DNA from: the human T2T-CHM13v2.0 reference genome, Homo sapiens
Reading direction: 5' to 3' (one strand)
Assembly: GCF_009914755.1 (NCBI RefSeq)
Contig: NC_060936.1
Length of the DNA: 64,000 bases
Notes under the pieces: generated by a model
Told to the model about the DNA's origin: nothing
The model's database searches: none
Seen by the model: the letters and a program-made list of their open reading frames with translations, nothing else
Translations under genes and position numbers: made by a program
Part shown: piece after piece, positions 23,901-38,050 of the stretch
Layout of the letters: each line of letters starts with the position of its first letter
Numbering within the stretch: the first letter of the stretch is position 1

Positions 23901-25651
23901 TACATCCTCTGCAAGAGGCTCTGCAAAGCGTGTTTCACTTTATTCAAGTCCCTCAGCTGAAACCAAGCTATTGTCTGGCCTCAGTCGGGACAGGGCATTA
24001 ACACCTAACAAGGAGGTGGTCCTGGCTGGGTGACCTGGATCTGCTCTCCACACCTCCAAGTCTCTTTTTCCACTTCTGGGGCATGTGGACCACCCAACAT
24101 ACCATGATGGTGAAGGAGAATAACCTCTGTGGCACACCTAGAAAAACAGCCAGCCCTTCATCAGGTCACAAACAATGCCAGTTGCCCATTATTCTCATTT
24201 CACAGATGAGAAAACTGAGATTCAGATTCAGTGAAGTGACCGAGTGAGCACGTGGGTAGAATCAGGAGCTCCAGGCTGGGCTTCCAGCTTCTCCTCCCTT
24301 GGTTTTCCATGGAATCCTGTCACATATCATCTGGAAGTAGGTTTCACTTCTAGCTCTAGCACTTCCTGGCTGTGTGACCTCATAGAGGTTACTTACCTCT
24401 CTGAGCCTCAGGAGCCTCATCTGTAGCATCTGTCTCAAGGAGTTGTGAGGATTCAATGAAACAAGGCTGGTGAGGTGCTTGTCACCACCACAGCCACTGC
24501 ATTAATAGGGAAAGGGGATTTCTTTCACAGGGTGAAACTGAAATGTGTTTCTACTGCTCCCTCAGTGAAGTCCACTGTTTTAGGGTCCCAGGAGAATTTC
24601 TCAGGACACAAGCCCCTTCCCAGCTCTCTCTTCTGCTCATCCCCTGAGCACATCTGGTCCAGGGTAGCCCCGCCCGGACCTCTCGCTGGCCGCTCAACAG
24701 CCTGTTCCCTGCAGGCCACCTCCTTCTGGAGACTTCCTGCCCTCGCCTTGACTGTTCCCCTCCAGGGCTCCCATCACTGTAGGAAGTGTGCTCAGCATGG
24801 GTCCAGGGAGCTGGGAATGAGGTTTGGCACCTCTTCTTGGGAGAGGTCAGAAAATAGAGGTTCTATTAGAGGGTGAGGACGGGCAAGGCAGGGGCCCCTC
24901 CAGACAGGCTGACTCAAATCCCTCAGGAGGCTGAGAAGCTTCCGACAAGACAATCTTGATATTGGGCTCAGCTCTGAAGGCCAAAGATTCTTCCTTCCAA
25001 TCCTCTAATCCTCCTGTTTCCCTTCCTCCATCCTTCCAAGAAATAGTCATTAAATACCTATTATGAGCCAGGCCTGGATCTGAGTACTGGGGTTGCAGCA
25101 GGGAACAAACCAGACACATCCCTGCCCTTGGAGTCGAGGGGTAGTCGGGGGTGACAGATGCTAAACAGTCAAGTAAACAAATACATAATAAGGAAGACAA
25201 ACACATCTGGAGCCAGACTGCCTCGGTTTGAATCCCAGCTCTGCTGTGTGACCATGGGCAAGTCATCACACTTCTCTGTGCCTCAGTTCCCTCATCTGGA
25301 AAATAGGAGTGATCATTGCTCCTCCCTCACAGAGTTGTTGCAAGGATTGAATGTTGGTAATGGGTTTATGTTGGTAATGTTTTAGAAGCATGCCTGGTTC
25401 ATCGGAAGCTCTATGTAAATACTGAAAAAATACAATGAATATAATAGCAGGCAGTGATTTGTGCTGTGAATAAAATACAAAGAGGGTCATCTTCTCAGAG
25501 AAGCTTCTTGGAACGCTCTCCCTAACATAGAATTCCCCTCCCCCAGCATTTATGCCCTGTTCCACCTTTGAATGGAGACCTGAATACACAGAGAGGGAGA
25601 CATGGGCTGGTGCTGTGGAAGAGCATGGTAGGCAGTGGGAACAGCAGATGC

Positions 25652-25767
25652 AAAGGCAGGAGGATCGCTTGAGCCCAGCAGCTTAGGGCTGCAGTGAGCT
25701 ATGATTGCACCACTACACTCCAACCTGGGTGACAGGGTGAGACCTCCATCTCCAAAAAAAAAAAAAG
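25652..25767 (+). mobile_element. Alu right-arm monomer fragment (FRAM/AluJ)
   Basis: ggcaggaggatcgcttgagccc...poly-A. Confidence 0.85.
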
Positions 25768-26379
25768 CCAGTAGTGGGCAACGTCTAAGGGTCACACTCC
25801 TTGCCAAATGCTGTGGGAGTAAGATGGCCCAGTCACTACCTTCATGCAGAGAAAGTGGTTGCAGGAACAGATCGTGGCACAGTCAGTATTCTGAGATGTC
25901 ACCTAAATTCCAGGCTTCCAGCAAACTGGCCATGCTGGGCTTGCATTACAGAACAGGGGTTATCCACAGTCCCCACCCCTCCCTATTGTTCCCTGGGGTA
26001 ATAAGCCAGTTGCAATTTGCCATTGAGTTTGTCCAGGGTCTCTGCTGTGGCAGAAATAAGTGCAATCCAGTGAGAGAAAGAGGAACCAAGTCATTCTCAT
26101 TTTCAGCTTTCATAGGAGAGCACGTATGTCTTTCTGGACATGAAAAATGTTCATAAATGGGTCATTTGGGTCTCCTGCCTGGCCCTGTTGGTCACTGAGT
26201 GTGTGGCCCTGGCTCTGCACAAAGTAAAGAGAAAGGGCTGGGGAAATCAGGGGATGCTTCCTGGAGGAGGTGGCATTTGAGCTGAGCCTTGGAGGGTATG
26301 AAGCCTTTGCCAGGTGGAGCAGCCGAGGGAAATGACATACCTGCAGAGGAACAGAGGCTTGAAAAAGTGTGGTTAGGGG

Positions 26380-26380
<1 letters not shown>

Positions 26381-26414
<34 letters not shown>
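26381..26414. repeat. (TG)17 microsatellite within an L2 remnant
   Basis: Direct count. Confidence 0.95.
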
Positions 26415-26417
<3 letters not shown>

Positions 26418-26991
26418 GGGGAGGGGAGAAGGCAGGAGATGTGGCTAAGGAAAGAAGAGGGTTTCAGATTGTGAGATCCCTGCAAGCCATCAACTTTATC
26501 CTATGGGCAATAGGGAGCCATGGATGGTTTTAAGCAGAGGGTATCATCCTTCTAAAAAGATTCCAGCTTCTAACCTGGGTGGCTGATGTGGGCACTGCGT
26601 TGGAAGAGGAAAGGCTGGAGGCAGGAGAATAGCAAGAGGCCTGGTGAACTGAGGATCCTTCTGCCAGTTCCAGGCCGACCCAGAAAGTGCAGTTTTTGGA
26701 GGCTCCAGGCATCAGGATGTCCCATCAGAGAGCCAGGAAGCCAAGCAATCTCTTTATTTTTCTTAAGGATTTTTCCTCAGCCCACAGGGACTGGTTTGCT
26801 TCCAGAGCCATTTCCATGGCAACCACCAATGCTCCAAGAAAGGTCTTGAGTGAGCGGAGGAGTGAGGACCAGAGATACTCAGATGGGTCTTCACGGGAAA
26901 AGCCAGGTCACAGAGAAGGGCCCATACTGTCCAGTCCTGGGGGCTGGGAGCCATCTTCCCCCGGAGTCCATGATGCCACAGATAAGCTATG

Positions 26992-27005
26992 GTTGCCATG
27001 GTAAC
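26992..27005. promoter_or_regulatory. RFX X-box (GTTGCCATGGTAAC)
   Basis: Perfect match to GTTRCCATGGYAAC; second near-match ATTTCCATGGCAAC at 26810-26823. Confidence 0.6.
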
Positions 27006-27548
27006 ACCGAGTCCCCCATCCCCGGGCCTCATGGACCCAGGGCCTTTCAGCAAGGCGGGTAGGCAGAGACAGGAGGGAGGCAGTGCTGAGGGGCAGCCAG
27101 AACCTGCAGCTCACCAGGGAGGCACATCCCAGGACACGTGTGTGAGGCAGGTAAGTTCGAAGACCGCCCCCCCACCCCCCGCCCAGGAGATGAGCAGGGT
27201 GCAGATGAAGGAGCAGTCAGCAGTCTCTGGGGTCTGGTGCTGGGGTTCTGGAAAGGCATCCCCCACTGCAAATTGATGCCAGATACACACTGCTGCTATG
27301 CCTTCAATTCCACCATCAGGGTCCTGCTTTCAACTTTTCCCCAGTGAACTGAAGTCAATGTCGTGATGACGATGGAGAAGCAGAGGCCCACACACAAAGG
27401 AGGTTTTTGGCCACAGTTATACAGCAAAATGGCGTCAGGACTGGGGCTCAGATGCCAAAACCATTCCTACTATGTCAGATCCAGTTAGTGGTTGACATGA
27501 ATGTGTGTATGTGTGCGTGTGAGATATTAACACTTAAAAGTGCTAGGG

Positions 27549-27856
<308 letters not shown>

Positions 27857-29787
27857 AGTGCCAGGGAAAGGACGCTAAGGGGAAAAGGCAGCATAGAGGG
27901 GGAGAGCTGGTGGAGGCAAGAGGCAACAGGAGGAAGGGTGGGCCACTGAGCATGGGCATTAGCCTCCCTTCCCCTTGGACAACCCAAGTGAAGTCAGCGA
28001 CCCCTGACCCAGGACAGGGCTGCAGGACTCATGGGAAGCCCCAGGCTGGGGGCACGGAAGGACTGCTGGGGGGACCTCAGAGGCCAAGTCCTTCCAAACC
28101 AACCTGCTCCCTGTGCTTAAGGAGCCCAGTACCCCGAGCATGGTTCAAAGCACCTGGGCCTCTGCTCTTGCAGGTCCCTCTGCCTGGGGTGTGCTTTCCA
28201 CAAGCATCCCCTTGCTTCTCCCAGCCTCATGTGCACAAATCCAGGCAGAGCAAACAGCAAGGTGACAAGAGGAAAGAGACCCATCCTGTTACGTGCCAGG
28301 CACCTAGCTGTGAGCTTGACACCCCCTCATCTCCTTGTGTCCTGACAATCCATCTTCCCCCTGGCCTGAGGACATTACCTCCATTTCACAGATGTTGAAA
28401 CTGAGGCTGTAAAAGGAACCAGATCAGGATCGCCAGCCAGTGCCCAGTGGAACCAGGACTTGAACTCAGATCTGTGAGAACTCAAAGCATCTATGCCCTT
28501 ATCACAGCATTTCCAAGCATCGTGGATGGGCTGACAGGCCCCTTTCATCACAAGACTGTGAAACGTGTCCAGGCAGCATTCCTTCCTCTCCCTAGGACTT
28601 CCCTTACAGCCTACCAGCACGGCTTCTCCATGGGGAAGAGCCCTCACCCACTGCCTGTCACAGGGTCCTGGGGTGCAGCTATGGGGTGAGAGGAACCAAA
28701 ACTGAGAGTCTGGGGCTCATGGAATCCACCCCCTGCTTATTAGGCACAGACGGCATACTCAGTGCCTCCACTCACAACAAACCTTCGAGGTAGATATTTT
28801 CATTCCCATTTTTCAGATGTGGAAATCAAGCCATAGAGAAGCAAGGGCACTGGCCCAAGATCTCACAGTAGGAAGGGGCAGAGGAGAGATCTGAATCTGC
28901 ACTGCCTGACTCTGGAGTCCAGGTCTTCAGTGACGGTCACTGTCCTTTATGTTCTGTGGCTTGCCTGCTGCACACGGGGCCCTGTGATCTCATATCAGTT
29001 GTCCCCACCTGTGCAACTTCCGCACCTTGCACATTCACAATGCTACCTCACTGACTTGGGGTACTTAGAGACTCCAAATCACCCCCCTCTGCACAGTCTC
29101 CACAGGCTGGCCAGACTCCCAGGGCAGGGAGTCTGTAGAGGCCTGTCCAGCCACATGGAGCTTTGAAAAATCCCAGAGCCCTGAGCTGCCCCAGGGTCCT
29201 CCTGCCTAGGCTGCCAGCCACGAGCACAGAGGCCTTGGAGTGCTCAGGCAGGCTCTGGCCCCTTGGAATTCCCTGGCTCCAGCCCAAGCAGCTGACAAAT
29301 GGACTGGCACCACTGCCAGCAATCAGGACGGTGGAGTATGAGATCCCACCCTGTTCCCAGGCACAGGGAAGGAGGGGCAGGCTGCCCTTCCTTTTGACCC
29401 TGTCACCAGGCTGTCACCTCTCCCAAGGCAAAGCCCAAGCCTTGACCTAGGAGGGGTCTTGCTGGAAAAATTGCCCCCCACCCTACCCCACCCCACCTTC
29501 CATGGAAAACAAAAAGCTGCTCGAAGACCAGAGGAAATTCTAGAATCCTAAAAGTCATTGCTAGAGAGGCTTTAGGATCAAGGGGTCTCACACCCTCATC
29601 TTACAGGAAAAGGGAAGTGGCTCAGTGCAGCTGACAGCTTAAGCCTCACTCAGTTACAGCAAATCCACATGTGAATCCCAGCTTGGCCCTTCCCATGCTA
29701 TGTAATCTTGGATTACTAAATCACAGACTCCTCGTCTGTAAAGGGGGTCAATGTAAAGATTTCATGAGATCATATACGTAGGGTGCA

Positions 29788-29899
29788 TAGGGTGACCAGT
29801 TGTCCTGGTTTGCCAGAAACCAAGGGGTGTCCTGGGATGCAGAATGTAAAGTGCTCAAACTGGAATGTCCCAGCCAATCAGGGCCCGCTGGTCACTCTA
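29788..29899. mobile_element. MER81 (hAT-Blackjack MITE)
   Basis: TIRs tagggtgacca / tggtcactcta; ~112 bp. Confidence 0.8.
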
Positions 29900-30959
29900 T
29901 GAACATGAAGAGACTGGCTCAAACAAACATGCCCTTTGGCTGTTATGTTTAAAGAGAGCTATGTCTGGAGTCAGCTATCAGTGAGTTTGAAACCCCCACC
30001 AGTAGAACTTCTAGAAAGACTTGTCAAGTCATTGGAAAGCTCTTCCTTTTTTTCACTACACTGACCTTGAGCAAACTGCCACATTCGTGTCAGTGTTGGT
30101 TTAGGCCCCTGGAGTCACACAGGACAAGCCAGCCACCTCCCTCCCCAGGCAGCAGCCACTTCCTCCCTTTAATCTCCGCCAGCACTTCCTCTGCATCATT
30201 CTTAACCCTTTGCCAGCCGACCCCCACCAGGCCAACTGAGCTGCTCTCCTGGGTTGGGGAGGGGTGCCACAATATGGTTTTGCTTGCAGGTTTGTCGATT
30301 TTTTATTTTTGTTCACTTAATTATTGGCGTGATGCAGCTGTGGATGGTGGGAGGTTCAAAAGAGGCTCACTTATACAGGGAACATAAATTAAAGTAAAAG
30401 AAGGAAGGGAAACATGTGTAGAGACAGAAAATGGAGTCACGGCTAAGGGTGAAATGCAGGGGACACAGAAGTTCCTAGACACTGACAGTGGCTGGACCAT
30501 ACACTGGAACCCCAGCTTCCTGAAAGGGGGACCCAGTTACATGAGTCACATGCTCCTTGCTAAAAACCAAACCCACTCAGGGGAATAGTAAGGCTTCCTG
30601 ATGCTAGGAGCAGAAGGACTGTCTCCAGAAGCCTGTGGAGAGAAGACATGGGGGATCTGATCACGGAACGGGGTCTCCAGTTCCTGAATGTTTTAAGGGA
30701 GGCTCCAAACACTCACTGATGGACAGCACTGCCCCAAACTGCAATTCAGTAAAAGCTGCTTTTCCTAGATATGACTGTGAGTTTCAGTCTACACATCCAG
30801 GTGTATGCACTGCTGGTGTAATCCAAAGAATTTTCTAGAATATCTGAGAAGGGGCCTGAACCGTGGCCTTTAAGTCATTCTCCCTGATGTTTTTTCAGAA
30901 CTGAAGCTTTGGTAGCAGTAGCAGTGATAAGTGGGACACTACTCTTTCTTTTTTCCCCC

Positions 30960-31105
30960 TCCCTTTTTAAAATTTTATTATTTTAATTTTTGGAGATGAG
31001 GTCTTGCTATATTGCCCAAGCTGGTCTTGAATTTCTGGCCTCAAGCTATCCTCCCACTTTGCTTCCCAAAGTGCTGGGCTTACCATCATGTTCCATCATG
31101 CCCAG
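30960..31105 (-). mobile_element. FLAM / Alu left monomer
   Basis: gagatgaggtcttgctatattgcccaagctggtcttgaa. Confidence 0.8.
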
Positions 31106-31151
31106 CCCGAGGGACATCATTCTCTATGGCCCAGGCTCGAACACAGCCTTG

Positions 31152-31440
<289 letters not shown>

Positions 31441-31558
31441 AAACACAGTCTTTCTCCACACCAGCTGGGGGTGGGCCTGGGGCATCCTTATACTCACCTA
31501 TCTGTGAACATATTTTATGAAACAGACAATCATGACAAAGACATACTTGATACACAGG

Positions 31559-31672
31559 TAGAGTGACCCTCCATCCTGGCTTGCCCACAACAATCCCTGT
31601 TTATGCTTCTTGTCATGTTCCTTTCATTCTCAAAGTGCCCCAGTCAGGACAATAAATCCTACAGTTTCCCTA
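31559..31672. mobile_element. MER94-like hAT-Blackjack remnant
   Basis: tagagtgacc...cctggcttgccc...ggacaataaa. Confidence 0.5.
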
Positions 31673-32284
31673 CTCATAGATTACTCCCTCCTCTGGCCTA
31701 GAAGCTCCTGTGTACTAGCCTTGCCCACCTACTTGTGCCAGGCCCTAAGCTAAGCACACGTCCTGTGTCATTAAATTCCCATAAGGGTCCTGTGAGGCAG
31801 GTACCACCATGATCCCCATTTGACAGATGAGAAAATGGAGGCTCAGAAAGGCTGTGGCTGCTGTTTCAGGAGGTAGCCATGTGCCAGGAACTTTCCAGGA
31901 TTTAAACACCAGCTGGTTCTGCACAGATGGCTACTTTCACTACCTCTATTTTCCAGATGCAAAGACTGAGCCTTAGTTCACTGATAAAAGGGTGGCTTAC
32001 CAAAGCCCCTATGGTTTCAGCCAGGAAAGGACCACAGAATGTCCAAATTTCAGAGTCAGCTTCCTTCAATCCGGGCTCATGAGCTGTGGGTCCCTGGGCA
32101 AGTGACATGGCCTCTCTGAGCCTTGATTTATCTCATTGGTAAAATGAAGATGAATCTTGCTGCTTACTGTTGGGTGAGTGAGGAGCAGACGCAGGACCAG
32201 CACTTGGACCCTGCGCCTCAGCCCAGCTCTTACAGCTCTAAGAGGAGGGGATGTGTTCCCCCCAGGAAGTTCATAATCCTCAGC

Positions 32285-32446
32285 AGAAACAGTGCATACT
32301 TCATGGAGTCACTGCAAAATGAAAATGCAGCCCCTTATTCAAAAATTACTGAGAATTCAGGACAGCAACTGCCAAGTGTTAAACAAAGCACAGGCCTTCT
32401 GAGCCCTGTGTGGCTGCACTGGTCGCCAGCCTGAGATGCTGGCCCT
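32285..32446 (-). mobile_element. MER91A-like hAT-Tip100 element
   Basis: tgcaaaatgaaaatgcagcccc...ggctgcactggtcg...ggccctg. Confidence 0.65.
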
Positions 32447-33074
32447 GCCCCTCAGCTCTAGGGAATTTGAGGGAAGAGCCCTCTTCACTTCAGGCCCCAG
32501 CAGGGCAGGGGCTCGGCGGGATAGGTGATCTTAGGAGGGAGGAAGAAGCAGCACAGCCAAGAAAGAGCAGAGAGAACAGAGGATGACACCTCCTCAACGT
32601 AGACAGAAAGAGAGGGGGAAGAGGGGCAGGGAGAGGAAAGCCAGCAGGAAGAGGAGAGACGCACAGGGACTGGAAAAAGGAGGACAGAGCGGTCAGGGCA
32701 AAGCAGCAAAGTGGCAGAAGAAAGACGAAGGCAGGGTGAAGAAAGTCCCCAGGAAGAGAGACCCAGAGGCAAGAAGAAAGGGACAAGGCTAAAAGGAGTC
32801 TTCTGCCAACCTCTGAGAAGGTTTAACAAGACCCCATGGAGCCACCCGGTGTGGGCAGGGAGGGGCCCCATGAATAGCTGTCCTCCTGGGGTGAGGGCCA
32901 TTTGCTATTGCATTTGCATACATTTAAAAGCACAGGAAAGGCAGTGCTGGGGATTTCCAAAATCCCCAAAGATCAGGGAGCTACGGGCAAGGTGTCAACC
33001 CCATAGCAGAAATGGGTGGGGCTTTTGCTTTGGGATGGAAAGCCACAGGCACCGGTTGGAACCGCCAGTGGGAG

Positions 33075-33359
<285 letters not shown>

Positions 33360-33989
33360 TAACACACAGCCTGTTTGGTGGTGGGCTGGAGGCAGTGTTT
33401 GGGAAGGTCCTGGCAGACACAAGATGAGCTGAAAGCCATCCCAAGCAGTTCTCTTCATTGAGCATGGGTTTCAGTCATTATGTGCTCTAGAGGTTCTCTT
33501 CATCCATGGTTATTAGTGCCAAGGAGAGCCCACAAGAACGCATTGTTTTCCCTACAAACATTTCACCAAGAGCTTGGAATGAAATGGCAGGTCCACTATG
33601 AGACATAGGTATTGACTACCCATGGCCTCAGGAGGCCACCAGGAGTGCATCACGGTCATGAGGATGATGTGGACACTGGAGGGAGGGGTGGGCTCTGTGT
33701 AAACCCCACAGGACTCTCTCAGCTGGTTCAAAGTGGGCCAAAGGTGGCCTCATTCTGACATCAAGGAAAGCCGTAGTCAGCTGGGCAATAAATCCAGCTA
33801 GTTTGAAAACTCCAAATGTGCTTATGTCACAATCAAGGAGAAAATAGGAATGAAAACCACGGGCCTTAGAGTTTACAACACACATACTATTCACATAATA
33901 ACACTGTTAGCCTAACAGCCATCCATCCACAATTCTAATAGGCTTTTTGAATTTAAATTGCTGACCAGGCATCACAACTCCATCTAACT

Positions 33990-34460
33990 GGTGATGTTCA
34001 AACCATCTAAAACTATAGAAAGATTAGAATGAAAAATCTTGCTCCTACCTGCCACCATCCATCCAGTTTCCACTGTACCCACCTCCCTATGTTAGTTCCT
34101 CATGTCTCCTTCCAGAGTTTCTTTGGAGAAATACATTCTCTTTTCATTTCATTTCTCTCATTTTGCATAAACGGAAGTATACTAAACACATTATTTTGCA
34201 ACTGGCCTTTCTTGCCTAACAATATCTCTTGGTGATGATTTCTTATTAGTATATTCATATGTACAAAGCATCTTATCCTTTTTGATAGCTGCATAGCATT
34301 CCATTGGTAGATTTGCCAGCATTTAATTAACTAGTCCCAGGGATGGGCACTTGAGTTGCTTCCGGTTTCTTGCTGTTACAATGTTATAATAAATCATTGT
34401 GTGTGTTACAATGTTACAATTAACTACATATGTGTATCATTTTCCACATATTCTTAATAG
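33990..34460 (-). mobile_element. Old L1M fragment
   Basis: gctgcatagcattccatt...gatgggcacttgagttgcttcc. Confidence 0.55.
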
Positions 34461-36228
34461 AGTCTGGAGTTCTCAAGCCCTGGTCTTTTATAATGAGCAA
34501 ATGGGCTTTAAGCACTCCCTTTGCACTGACTGTGCTGTGTTTTGATCCATCAAGAATATCCTTCAGAGCCACTTAGACCTTCAGTCCCCATAGAACCTGG
34601 GCCATGTCTTTAGTACAAAGTCTGTCTCATGGGAAGTCAGAGAACCTTGGTTCTTATTCTAGCTGTACTGGCTGTTCCAACTCCCTGTCCTCAGTTTCCA
34701 CGTTTATCAAAGGGAAATGACAATTGTTTGCAGGGTCACTGTGGGGATCAGCTATCAGGAGAGAATTCTGTGGATATATGACAGTATCCACAGTGTGAGG
34801 GAGATTTCTGCCTGAGGCCTCCTCGTCACCCCAGAGGGCAGATCTGTTCTCTGTGGGTTCCCAGAGAAGATGCCAGTCAGGCTGGAGGAGGGAGTCTCTG
34901 CAGAAAACAGAGCAGCCACCTGCCAATGGCAGGTTTCCAGTGTGGTCCCTGATCCCATAGCAGCCGGAGCCCAAGCCCACAAGGAGCCATGTTCTGGAGG
35001 TGCCTTTGGTGGCCCCAAGCAGCCCTGAGAACTGCCAAGTTGAAGCTGCTTTTTATTCTGTTTTAAAATAAAATAGTGATCACATTCCCAAGGTGTGGAG
35101 ACACCCCTCCCCTCCACGAATTAGTCTCAGCTTTCCCAGCCACTCAGGAAAGGATCCAAAGGAATTTTCCACCCATGCCTTATGCAGAGCAAATCCTGGT
35201 GGACAACAGGGTGCCTGCCTCACTTCCAGGCAAGAGTCCTCATCTCCCTCTTTGTAGCACTCACATCTTCCCAACTTGCCTCCCCTAGGGCCCCAAGGTG
35301 CTGACAAGGAGCCTTTGTCTCCCTCTTCCTGGCCTCCATGCCCTTTGCCAAGAACCCTGGCCATGACGTCTCTGCTGATGCAGGTTTCCAAGGCTCATTT
35401 TGTAACCATGAGCAGAGATCTTTGAAACCGCTGCCTCGCTGAGCCATGAGAACCATCCCTGTCAACCCTCAGGGTCCTTTCCATCCCTTACTTTGCCCCA
35501 GCCTCCCAACAACATTGAGGACCACCCCTACCTCACAGGTGAGTAAACTGAAAGTCAGAGAGGTCAAGCAACTTGCCCAAGATCACACAGCTAGAAAATG
35601 GAGGAGCTAGGACTTCAACCCAAAAGCCATGTTCAATGTGTGATGGTTAAGGGTACAGGTTCTGAAGCCAGACCACCTGAGTTCAGAGCCAGCTCTGTCA
35701 CTTACTACCTGTAAGACCTCTTTGTTGCTTAAATTCTTTCCTCAGTTTCCCAATCTGTAAAATGGAGCAATACATGCCTCACAAAGTACATACCTCATAA
35801 ATAATATATACCTTATAAAGTTAGTATTAGGATATAAGAGAAGGAATATAAACAGCTAGAATAATAATACCTGGCCCATGGTATGTTCTCAGTATATTAT
35901 CCATTGTTATTATTGTTGTTGTTGTTGTTGAGTATAATTATGAATCTTACCATTATATGACTTGGCCTCACACATAAATGTGGCATGATTGTAAGGGAGT
36001 ATGGTTTAAAAACAAAACAAAACAAAAACCTCCTCTCAGAATTTCTTTCACACTGAGGTATAAATATCTGATGACATATTACACATTTCTCATTCTTACA
36101 TTCAATAAACCTTACTGAGCACATATTACCTGCCAGGTGTCAGGCTGGGAGATAGAATACAAAGATATAGTTCCCACTCCCAAGAAACCCAAAGCCAGGT
36201 AAGAGCAACAGACGATGAGTAAATCATG

Positions 36229-36830
36229 ACAGAGTAAGCCCAGGGCTGGGGGACCTGTCGGCATAGTATCCATTCCAGCTGCCAAGTCAGGGAAGGCTGC
36301 CTGGACACAGTGAAATTTGAAGGACAAGCAGGAGTTGGCCAGTGGGCACCCCAGGCTGAAGTAACTGCAGAGGCACAAAAGCATTGCACTTTCACATGAT
36401 ACAGCTGGAGAAGAAGGTTGTGAACTGAGTTGGGATTTAAAGCTGTGATGGTGGAAACTCAGGCACTGTGTGGAGTAGAGGTAGAGTTTCAGCCAGAACA
36501 TATGGACCCCAGTGTCTCTAAAATCCCAAAGGGGTGGCATGACTAGGGGACGAAGCCCTGAGCTTCCCTCCCCAAGCCCTGGGAGGTATGCGCCAGGTAA
36601 GGGGTGCTTTCTCCTGAGTGCCAGCAGAAATCCCAACCCACTCCAGGGATCCGGGACTCAGAATTAACATCCCAGCCCTCAGACTGTGAATACCTCTCCC
36701 CCACATTTAGAAAGAGCCAAAAGTGCCAGTCCACCTCCTAAGCCCTTCATATAGCATATACCTGATTACCCAAAAGCAAAGATTTCTCCTTCCTTCCCTC
36801 CTTCTTCCATCTTCCCCTCAGCCTCTTCCT
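36229..36830 (+). repeat. Inverted duplication, arm A (parent copy)
   Basis: Reverse complement aligns to 38233-38839; continues seamlessly into the flanking L2-like sequence. Confidence 0.95.
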
Positions 36831-37409
36831 CCTCCATGTCTCCTTCCGTGGGCAGAATCACAGACACCTGTTCCACTTTGGCCTTCCTCTCCCCAGCTCC
36901 CACCCTCCAGGAAACTGAGCCAGCAGCTTAGGACCAACCAGGTCCTCAGGTCACACCCACATCCACACTGGCTCCACCCACCCTCCTGCTCATTCATTCG
37001 TTCTACAAGAGGAATAGAAACTGGACCCCAGAAACTCCAGCACAGCCATATTCAAAGAAACACAGTCCAGCAGCCAAAAGTGCTTGTAAACCTGTGAAAT
37101 TTTTACTGCCACTTCTCAAAGAACAACAGGATGGTATTGTGGTGGATGTTTTTGGTGCCCAGTCTGGGTCCTCTTCACTAGCAGGGTCCCCCATCTGCCA
37201 GCTGCAGGGAATATTAGATGCTAACAGCTCACAGCTGCCCTCTCCTCCTAAGAATTGCCCTCAGCAGAGCAGGAGCAGCCTCTCCCTGGCTGCCGCAGAG
37301 CACAATGCTCACTCCAGGGGTCCCCGTGGGATCAGACTGAAGCTAGTCTCACCTGAGGCCATATCCTCAATAACCCCTTCCCTGATTCCCATTCTCCTGA
37401 GAGCACAGC

Positions 37410-37790
37410 TTGGACTGGAGGAGGCAAGTGAGGCACTTGCCTTGAGTGCAAACTTAGGGAGGAGGGTTGCCAAAAACCTCACTCATACAAAAAATAATAA
37501 TGTAATGCAACATTTTTTCAAAATCAAATTTACAGCTATGCAGGAGGCTAAGGCGGGCAGATCAATTGAGCCCAGAAGGTCAAGGCTGCAGTGAGCTACG
37601 ATCATACCACTGTACTCCAGCCTGGGTGACAGAGTGAGACCCTGTCTCCAAAAAAATAATAATAAATAAATAATAAAAATTAACGCAAAATATTGCATGA
37701 TGAGCAAAACATCAAAATAAAGATGGGATCCCATCCTGCACTTTCACGCGTCTGCGTCACTCACCACCCCCTAACTCTGACTCTGCTGGA
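37410..37790 (+). mobile_element. MER53 (hAT) interrupted by an Alu right-arm fragment (~37535-37677)
   Basis: ggcaagtgaggcacttgccttgagtgcaaa...aaaatcaaattt [Alu] aaaattaacgcaaaa...atgatgagcaaaacatcaaaa. Confidence 0.7.
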
Positions 37791-38050
37791 GAGCACACCC
37801 TAACACAGAACGTGCACCCAAATCCCTGTCTCAGGCTCTGCTTCAGGGAAACCCAATCTGAGACAGGGATCCAGATCAGAACCCACTGCAGGGGTTCTTA
37901 GAATGTACTTTGACTCATTCCTCTCCTCTGTATTCCCAGATCTAAGACACCCTGATGCCCTTCCCTAGCTCCTCCCCACACAGCCCCCTTCCAGCCAAGG
38001 CTCTCTCTCTGCTCACTGCCCTGACTGAACTAGGAATTGAGCACATATGG

